Of a DNA stretch of 64,000 bases, positions 54,901-64,000 are shown in pieces (position 1 is the stretch's first letter; the number at the start of each line of letters is the position of its first letter). The DNA is from the human T2T-CHM13v2.0 reference genome, Homo sapiens, in assembly GCF_009914755.1 (NCBI RefSeq), contig NC_060933.1. One strand, 5' to 3'. Both the position numbers and the translations under genes were made by a program. Under the pieces are notes generated by a model. That model searched no databases and was not told where the DNA came from. It saw only the letters and a list, made by a program, of their open reading frames with translations.

Positions 54901-57900
54901 CACTCGCGTTCATTCCATTCCATTCCATTCCATTCCATTCAATTCCATTCCATTACAATTCGTTCCATTCCATTCTATTCCGTACCACTCCATTCCATTC
55001 CATACCATTGCATTCCATTCCATTCCATTCCATTCCGTTCCATTCCGTTCCATTCCATTCCATTCCATTCTATTCGGATTAATTCCATTCCATTCCATTC
55101 CATTCCATTCTATTCCATTCCATTGCAATCGAGTTGAATCCATTGCATTTCATTCCATTCCATTCTATTCCATTCCATTGCGGAAGATTCCATTCCATTG
55201 CATTCCATTCCATTCCATTCCCCTGCACTCGCGTTGATACCATTCCATTCCATTCCATTCCATTCCATTCCATTCCATTCCGTTCCATTCCGTTCCATTC
55301 CATTCCATTCCATTCCATTCCATTCCATTCCGTTCCGTTCCATTCCATTCCATTCCATTCTATTCGGGTTAATTCCATTCCATTCCATTCGATTGCAATC
55401 GAGTTGATTCCATTCCATTCCATTCCATTCCATTCCATTCCATTCCTTTCCATTCCTTTACGGATGATTCCATTCCATTGCATTCCATTCCATTCCATTC
55501 CCCTGTACTCGGGTTGATTCCATTCCATTCCATTCCAATCCATGCTATTCCACTCGTGTTGATTCCATTCTTTCCATTCCATTCAAGTTGAATCCATTCC
55601 ATTGCATTCTATTCCATTCGATTCCATTCGATTGCACTCGGGTTGATTCCATTCCATTGCATTCCATTCCATTCCATTCCATTCCATTCCATTCCATTCC
55701 GTTCCATTCCATTCCATTACATTTGGATTGATTCTATTCAATTCCCTTACACTCCATTACATTCCATTCCATTCGGGTAGTTTCCATTCCATTCCATTCC
55801 ATTCCATTCCTCTCCATTCCATTGCACTCGGGTTGATTCCACTCCATTGCATTCCATTCCTTTCCATTCAATTCCATTCCGTTCCATTCCATTCCATTAC
55901 ATTCGGATTGATTCTATTCAACTCCCTTACTCTCCAATACATTCCATTCCATTCGGGTTGTTCCATTCCATTCCATTCCATTCCACTCCATTCCATTGCA
56001 CTCGGGTTGATTCCATTCCATTCCATTCCATTCCATTCCATTCCATTCCATTCCATTCCGGAAGATTCCATTCCATTGCATTCCATTCCATTCCATTCCC
56101 CTGCACTCGCGTTGATTCCATTCCATTCCATTCTATTCCATTCCATTCCCTTCCTTTCCGTTCCATTCCATTCCATTCCATTCCATTCCGTTCCGTTCCA
56201 TTCCATTCCATTCCATTCTATTCGGGTTAATTCCATTCCATTCCATTCGATTGCAATCGAGTTGATTCCATTCCATTCCATTCCATTCCATTCCATTCCA
56301 TTCCATTCCATTCCATTCCATTCCTTTCCATTCCATTACGGATGATTCCATTCCATTGCATTCCATTCCATTCCATTCCCCTGTACTCGGGTTGATTCCA
56401 TTCCATTCCATTCCAATCCATGCCATTCCACTCGTGTTGATTCCATTCTTTCCATTCCATTCAAGTTGAATCCATTCCATTGCATTCCATTCCATTCGAT
56501 TCCATTCGATTGTACTCGGGTTGATTCCATTCCATTGCATTCCATTCCATTCCATTCCATTCCATTCCATTCCATTCCGTTCCATTCCATTCCGTTACAT
56601 TCGGATTGATTCTATTCAATTCCCTTACACTCCATTACATTCCATTCCATTCGGGTAGTTTCCATTCCATTCCATTCCATTCCTCTCCATTCCATTGAAC
56701 TCGGGTTGATTCCATTCCATTGTATTCCATTCCATTCCATTCAATTCCATTCCGTTCCATTCCATTCCATTACATTCGGATTGATTCTATTCAACTCCCT
56801 TACTCTCCATTACATTCCATTCCATTCGGGTTGTTCCATTCCATTCCATTCCATTCCACTCCATTCCATTGCACTCGGGTTTATTCCATTCCATTCCATT
56901 CCATTCCATTCCATTCCATTCCATTCCATTCCGGAAGATTCCATTCCATTGCATTCCATTCCATTCCATTTCCCTGCACTCGCGTTGATTCCATTCCATT
57001 CCATTCCATTCCATTCCAATCCATTCCATTCCGTTCCGTTCCGTTCCATTCCATTCCATTCCATTATATTCGGGTTAATTCCATTCCATTCCATTCGATT
57101 GCAATCGAGTTGATTCCATTCCATTCCATTCCATTCCATTCCATTCCATTCCATTCCATTCCTTTCCATTCCATTACGGATTATTCCATTCCATTGCATT
57201 CCATTCCATTCCATTCCTCTGTACTCGGATTGATTCCATTCCATTCCATTCCAATCCATGCCATTCCACTCGTGTTGATTCCATTCTTTCCATTCCATTC
57301 AAGTTGAATCCATTCCATTGCATTCCATTCCATTCCATTCCCCTGCAGTCGGGTTGTTTCCATTCCATTCCATTCCATTCCATTCCATTCCATTCCATTC
57401 GTTTCCGTTCCGTTCCATTCCATTCCATTCCATTCTATTCGGGTTAATTCCATTCCATTCCATTCCATTCCATTCCATTCCAATCGAGTTCATTCCATTC
57501 CATTCCATTCCATTCCATTCCACTCCATTCCAGTCCTTTCCATTCCATTCCACTCGGGTTGATTCCAATGTATTCCTTTCCATTCCATTCCATTCCATTG
57601 CAATCGAGTTGATTCCATTGCGTTGCATTCCATTCCATTCCATTCCATTCCGGATGATTCCATTCCATTGCATTCCATTCCATTCCATTCCCCTGCACTC
57701 GGGTTGATTCCATTCCATTCCACTCCATTCCGTTCCATTCCATTCCATTGCATTGTATTCGGGTTAATTCCATTCCATTCCATTCCATTCCATTCCATTC
57801 CATTCCATTAAAATCGAGTTGATTCCAATCCATTCCAGTCCTTTCCATTCCATTCCTCTCGGGTTGATTCCATTCTATTAGTTTCCATTCCATTCCATTC

Positions 57901-60900
57901 CCTTCCATTCCACTCTGGTTGATTCCATTCCTTTCCATTCCACTCGAATACATTCCCTCCTATTCCACTCGGAACGATTCTATTCCATTCCATTCCATTC
58001 CATTCCATTCCATTCCATTCCATTCCATTCCATTCCATTTCGTTCCATTCCATTCTATTCCGTATCATTCCATTCCATTCCATTCCATTCCATTCCATTC
58101 CATTCCATTCCATTCCATTGTACTCGGGTTGATTCAATTCCATTGCATTGCATTCCATTCCATTCCATTCCATTGTACTCGGGTTGATTCAATTCCATTG
58201 CATTGCATTCCATTCCATTCCATTCCATTCCGTTGCATTCCATTCCATTACATTCGGGTTGATTCTATTCAACTCCCTTACTCTCCATTACATTCCATTC
58301 CATTCGGGTTGTTCCATTCCATTCCATTCCATTCCACTCCATTCCATTGCACTCGGGTTGATTCCATTCCATTCCATTCCATTCCATTCCATTCCATTCC
58401 GGATGATTCCATTCCATTGCATTCCGTTCCATTACATTCCCCTGCACTCGCGTTGATTCCTTTCCATTCCATTCCATTCCATTCCATTCCATTCCATTCC
58501 ATTACATTCGGATTGATTCTATTCAACTCCCTTACTCTCCATTACATTCCATTCCATTCGGGTTGTTCCATTCCATTCCATTCCATTCCACTCCATTCCA
58601 TTGCACTCGGATTGATTCCATTCCATTCCATTCCATTCCATTCCATTCCATTCCATTCCATTCCGGATGATTCCATTCCATTGCATTCCGTTCCATTACA
58701 TTCCCCTGCACTCGCGTTGATTCCATTCCATTCCATTCCATTCCATTCAATTCCATTCCATTACAATTCGTTCCATTCCATTCTATTCCGTACCATTCCA
58801 TTACATTCCATACCATTCCATTCCATTCCATTCCATTCCATTCCTTTCCATTCCGTTCCATTCCATTCCATTCCATTCTATTCGGGTTAATTCCATTCCA
58901 TTCCATTCCATTCCATTCCATTCTATTCCATTCCATTGCAATCGAGTTGAATCCATTGCATTTCATTCCATTCCATTCCATTCCATTCCATTCCATTCCA
59001 TTCCATTCCGGAAGATTCCATTCCATTGCATTCCATTCCATTCCATTCCCCTGCACTCGCGTTGATTCCATTTCATTCCGTTCCATTCCATTCCATTCCA
59101 TTCCATTCCGTTCCGTTCCGTTCCATTCCATTCCATTCCATTCCATTCCATTCCATTCCATTCCGTTCCGTTCCATTCGATTCCATTGCATTCTATTCGG
59201 GTTAATTCCATTCCATTCCATTCGATTGCAATCGAGTTGATTCCATTCCATTCCATTCCATTCCATTCCGTTCCATTCCATTCCTTTCCATTCCATTACG
59301 GATGATTCCATTCCATTGCATTCCATTCCATTCCATTCCCCTGTACTCGGGTTGTTTCCATTCCATTCCATTCCAATCCATGCCATTCCACTCGTGTTGA
59401 TTCCATTATTTCCATTCCATTCAAGTTGAATCCATTCCATTGCATTCCATTCCATTCGATTCCATTCGATTGCACTCGGGTTGATTACATTCCATTGCAT
59501 TCCATTCCATTCCATTCCATTCCAATCCATTCCATTCCTTCCATTCCATTTGATTACATTCAGATTGATTCTATTCAATTCCCTTACACTCCATTATATT
59601 CCAATCCATTCTGGTTGTTTCCATTCCATTCCATTCCATTTCACTCCATTCCATTGCAATCGGGTTGATTCCATTCCATTCCATTCCATTGCATTCCATT
59701 CCATTCCATTCCGGATGATTCCATTCCATTGCATTCCTTTCCATTCCATTCCCCTGCACTCGGGTTGATTCCATTCCACTCCATTCCATTACATTCCGTT
59801 CCATTCCATTCCATTCCATTCGGATTGATTCTATTCAATTCCCTTACACTCCATTACATTCCATTCCATTCGGGTAGTTTCCATTCCATTCCATTCCATT
59901 CCTCTCCATTCCATTGCACTCGGGTTGATTCCATTCCATTCCATTCCATTCCATTCCATTACATTACATTACATTCCTTTCCATTGTACTCGGGTTGATT
60001 CCATTCCATTGCATTCCATTGCATTCCATTCCATTCCATTCCATTCCATTCCATTCCATTCCGTTCCATTCCATTACATTCGGATTGATTCTATTCAACT
60101 CCCTAACTCTCCATTACATTCCATTCCATTCGGGTTGTTCCATTCCATTCCATTCCATTCCATTCCGTTCCATTCCATTCCATTACATTCGGATTGATTC
60201 TATTCAATTCCCTTACACTCCATTATATTCCATTCCATTCGGGTTGCTCCATTCCATTCCATTCCATTCCACTCCATTCCATTGCGCTCGGGTTGATTCC
60301 ATTCCATTCCATTCCATTCCATTCCATTCCATTCCATTCCGGATGATTCCATTCCATTGCATTCCGTTCCATTACATTCCCCTGCACTCGGGTTGATTCC
60401 ATTCCATTCCCTTCCATTCCATTCGATTCCTTTCCATTCCAATTATTTCCATTCCATTCTATTCCGTACCATTCCATTCCATTCCATACAATTCCATTCC
60501 ATTCCATTCCACTCCGTTCCGTTCCGTTCCTTTCCGTTCCATTCCATTCCATTCTATTCGGTTTAATTCCATTCCATTCCATTCCATTCCATTCTATTCC
60601 ATTCCATTGCAATCGAGTTGAATCCATTCCATTCCATTCCATTCCATTCCATTCCATTCCATTCCGGAAGATTCCATTCCATTGCATTCCATTCCATTCC
60701 ATTCCATTCCATTCCATTCCATTCCATTCCATTGTACTCGGGTTGATTCCATTCCATTGCATTCCATTCCATTCCATTCTATTCCATTCCATTCCATTCC
60801 GTTCCATTCCATTTCATTACATTCGGATTGATTCTTTTCAACTCCCTTACTCTCCATTACATTCCATTCCATTCGGGTTGTTCCATTCCATTCCATTCCA

Positions 60901-63900
60901 TTCCACTCCATTCCATTGCACTCGGGTTGATTCCATTCCATTCCATTCCATTCCATTCCGGATGATTCCATTCCATTGCATTCCGTTCCATTACATTCCC
61001 CTGCACTCGGGTTGATTCCATTCCATTGCATTCCATTCCATTCGACTCCATTCCATTCCCCTGCACTCGCGTTGATTCCATTCCATTACATTCCATTCCA
61101 TTCCATTCCATTCCATTCCATTCCTTTCCATTCCAGTCTTTTCCATTCCATTCCACTCGGGTTGATTCCATTCTATTAGTTTCCATTCCATTCCTTTCCC
61201 TTCCATTCCACTCTGGTTGATTCCATTCCTTTCCATTCCACTCAAATACATTCCCTCCTATTCCACTCGGAACGATTCCATTCCATTCCATTCCATTCCA
61301 TTCCATTTCGTTCCATTCCATTCTATTCCGTATCATTCCATTCCATTCCATTCCATTCCATTCCATTCCATTCCATTCCATTTCGTTCCATTCCATTCTA
61401 TTCCGTATCATTCCATTCCATTCCATTCCATTCCATTCCATTCCATTCCATTCCACTCGTGTTGATTGCATTCCTTTCCATTCCATTCGATTTGAAGGCA
61501 TTCCATTCCATTCCATTCCATTCCATTCCGGAAGCTTCCATTCCATTGCATTCCATTCCATTCCATTCCCCTGCACTCGCGTTGATTCCATTCCATTCCA
61601 TTCCATTCCATTCCATTCCATTCCATTCTATTCCATTCCATTCCATTCCATTCCGTTCCATTCCATTCCATTCCATTCCATTCCGTTCCGTTCCGTTCCA
61701 TTCCATTCCATTCCATTCTATTCGGGTTAATTCCATTCCATTCCATTCGATTGCAATCGAGTTGATTCCATTCCATTCCATTCCATTCCATTCCATTCCA
61801 TTCCTTTCCATTCCATTACGGATGATTCCATTCCATTGCATTCCATTCCATTCCATTCCCCTGTACTCGGGTTGATTCCATTCCATTCCATTCCAATCCA
61901 TGCCATTCCACTCGTGTTGATTCCATTCTTTCCATTCCATTCAAGTTGAATCCATTCCATTGCATTCCATTCCATTCCATTTCCCTGCAGTCGGGTTGAT
62001 TCCATTCCATTCCATTCCATTCCATTCCATTCCATTCCATTCCGTTCCATTCCATTCCATTCCATTCTATTCGGTTTAATTCCATTCCATTCCATTCCAT
62101 TCCATTCCATTCCAATCGAGTTGATTCCATTCCATTCCATTCCATTCCATTCCTCTCCATTGCAGTCCTTTCCTTTCCATTCCACTCGGGTTGATTCCAA
62201 TGTATTCCTTTCCATTCCATTCCATTCCATTGCAATCGAGTTGATTCCATTGCTTTGCATTCCATTCCATTCCATTCCATTCCGGATGATTCCATTCCAT
62301 TGCATTCCATTCCATTCCATTCCCCTGCACTCGTGTTGATTCCATTCCATTCCACTCCATTCCGTTGCATTCCATTCCATTACTTTCGGATTGATTCTAT
62401 TCAACTCCCTTACTCTCCATTACATTCCATTCCATTCGGGTTGTTCCATTCCATTCCATTCCATTCCACTCCATTCCATTGCACTCGGGTTGATTCCATT
62501 CCATTCCATTCCATTCCACTGCATTCCATTGCACTCGGGTTGATTCCATTCCATTCCATTCCATTCCATTCCATTCCATTCAATTCCGGATGATTCCATT
62601 CCATTGCATTCCGTTCCATTACTTTCCCCTGCACTCGGGTTGATTCCATTCCATTCCATTCAATTGCATTCCATTACAATTCGTTCCATTCCATTCTATT
62701 CCTTACCATTCCATTCCATTCCATAGCATTCCATTCCATTCCTTTCCGTTCCATTCCGTTCCATTGCATTCCATTCCATTCTATTCGGGTTAATTCCATA
62801 CAATTCCATTCCATTCCATTCCATTATATTCCATTCCATTGCAATCGAGTTGAATCCATTGCATTTCATTCCATTCCATTCCATTTCATTCCATTCCGGA
62901 AGATTCCATTCCATTGCATTCCATTCCATTCCATTACCCTGCACTCGCGTTGATTCCATTCCATTCCATTCCATTACGTTCCGTTCCTTTCCGTTCCGTT
63001 CCATTCCATTCCATTCCATTCCGTTCCGTTCCGTTCCGTTCCATTCCATTCCATTCTATTCGGGTTAATTCCATTCCATTCCATTCGATTGCAATCGAGT
63101 TGATTCCATTCCATTCCATTCCATTCCTTTCAATTCCATTCCATTCCTTTCCATTCCATTACGGATGATTCCATTCCACTGCATTACATTCCATTCCATT
63201 CCCCTGTACTCGGGTTGATTCCATTCCATTACATTCCATTCCATTCTATTCCATTCCATTCCATTCCATTCCGGAAGATTCCATTCCATTGCATTCCATT
63301 CCATTCCATTCCCCTGCACTCGCGTTGATTCCATTCCATTCCATTCCATTCCATTCCATTCCATTCCGATCCGTTCCATTACATTCCATTCCATTCCATT
63401 CCGTTCCGTTCCATTCCATTCCATTCCATTCCATTCTATTCGGGTTAATTCCATTCCATTCCATTCGATTGCAATCGAGTTGATTCCATTCCATTCCATT
63501 CCAATCCATGCCATTGCACTCGTGTTGATTCCATTCTTTCCATTCCATTCAAGTTGAATCCATTACATTGCATTCCATTCGATTCGATTCCATTCGATTG
63601 CACTCGGGTTGATTCCACGGCATTGCATTCCATTCCATTCCATTCCATTCCTTTCCATTCCATTCCATTCCATTCCATTCGGATTCATTCTATTCAATTC
63701 CCTTACACTCCATTACATTCCATTCCATTCGTGTAGTTTCCATTCCATTCCATTCCATTCCTCTCCATTCCATTGCACTCGGGTTGATTCCATTCCATTC
63801 CATTCCATTCCATTCCATTCCATTCCATTCCGGATGATTCCATTCCATTGAATTCCATTGCATTCCATTCCCCTGCACTTGAGTTGATTCCATTCCATTC

Positions 63901-64000
63901 CATTCCATTCCTTTCTTTTCCATTCCATTCCATTCCATTCCATTCTTTCGTGTTTATTCCATTCCATTCTATTCCATTCCATTCCATTGAAATCGAGTTG

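Larger units (their letters stand above)
1..64000 (+). repeat. Human satellite 3 (HSat3 / Satellite III) tandem array, (CATTC)n, C-rich strand on +; extends past both window ends
   Basis: CATTC pentamer dominates every line. The decamer ACTCGGGTTG (e.g. 48-57) and variants (ACTCGCGTTG, ACTCGTGTTG, AATCGAGTTG, ATTCGGGTTA) recur every ~40-100 bp. CAACCCGAGT interspersed in GGAAT runs is the established HSat3 signature, as opposed to the CATTCGATTC-rich ~23-26 bp unit of HSat2. Confidence 0.98.
1..64000 (-). ncRNA. Potential template for G-rich (GGAAU)n Sat III stress-induced lncRNA; boundaries undefined
   Basis: Inference only: chr9 Sat III is known to yield HSF1-dependent G-rich-strand Pol II transcripts, and here the G-rich strand is the minus strand. 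The sequence alone cannot show that this window is transcribed. Confidence 0.3.

Noticed and set aside
55-63987. Hundreds of ORFs encoding IPFHS (+) or MEWNG (-) repeat peptides, up to 348 aa (58532-59578)
   Set aside because: (CATTC)n has no stop codon in any frame on either strand and GGAATG supplies an ATG every 5 bp. ORFs overlap in all six frames, many start at TTG, and they end only at chance variants. There is no coding signal.
1-64000. CRISPR-like pattern of recurring motifs separated by spacers
   Set aside because: The intervening sequence is itself the repeat, not unique spacers. Spacing is irregular and there are no cas genes or leader.
1-64000. HSat2, Y-chromosome DYZ1, alpha satellite or telomeric identity
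   Set aside because: CATTCGATTC is rare while ACTCGGGTTG is abundant (HSat3, not HSat2). There is no regular ~3.6-kb unit as in DYZ1, no 171-bp alphoid monomer and no TTAGGG tract.
1-64000. G-quadruplex potential of the G-rich strand
   Set aside because: The strand has mostly GG doublets with only isolated longer G runs, and no clustered G3+ tracts were seen.
1-64000. A previously undescribed gene-based biological system
   Set aside because: There is no non-satellite sequence in the window. Everything is explained by a known satellite family; only the motif-level and evolutionary observations above merit follow-up.

Overview
The whole 64 kb is one uninterrupted array of human-type classical satellite 3 (HSat3/Sat III). 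It is built from (CATTC)n pentamers, with the C-rich strand on +, interspersed with the HSat3-diagnostic decamer ACTCGGGTTG (reverse complement CAACCCGAGT) and its variants. One recurring segment matches my recollection of the pHuR98 Sat III clone, which points to the chromosome 9q12 (HSat3B5-type) array that seeds nuclear stress bodies; this assignment needs an alignment to confirm. I saw no strand switch, transposon, gene, RNA gene or CRISPR array. All listed ORFs (IPFHS / MEWNG repeats) are artefacts of a stop-free 5-mer. The array has no single clean higher-order repeat: it is a mosaic of recurring modules reshuffled by duplications at offsets from 45 bp to over 20 kb. I found no evidence for a novel coding system. 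The most interesting signals are about 46 in-phase canonical heat-shock elements (nTTCn-nGAAn-nTTCn), a quasi-palindrome present in both possible perfected forms, a strong bias to -1 register shifts, and lineage markers that let the duplication history be ordered. All counts and block boundaries were read by eye and are approximate.
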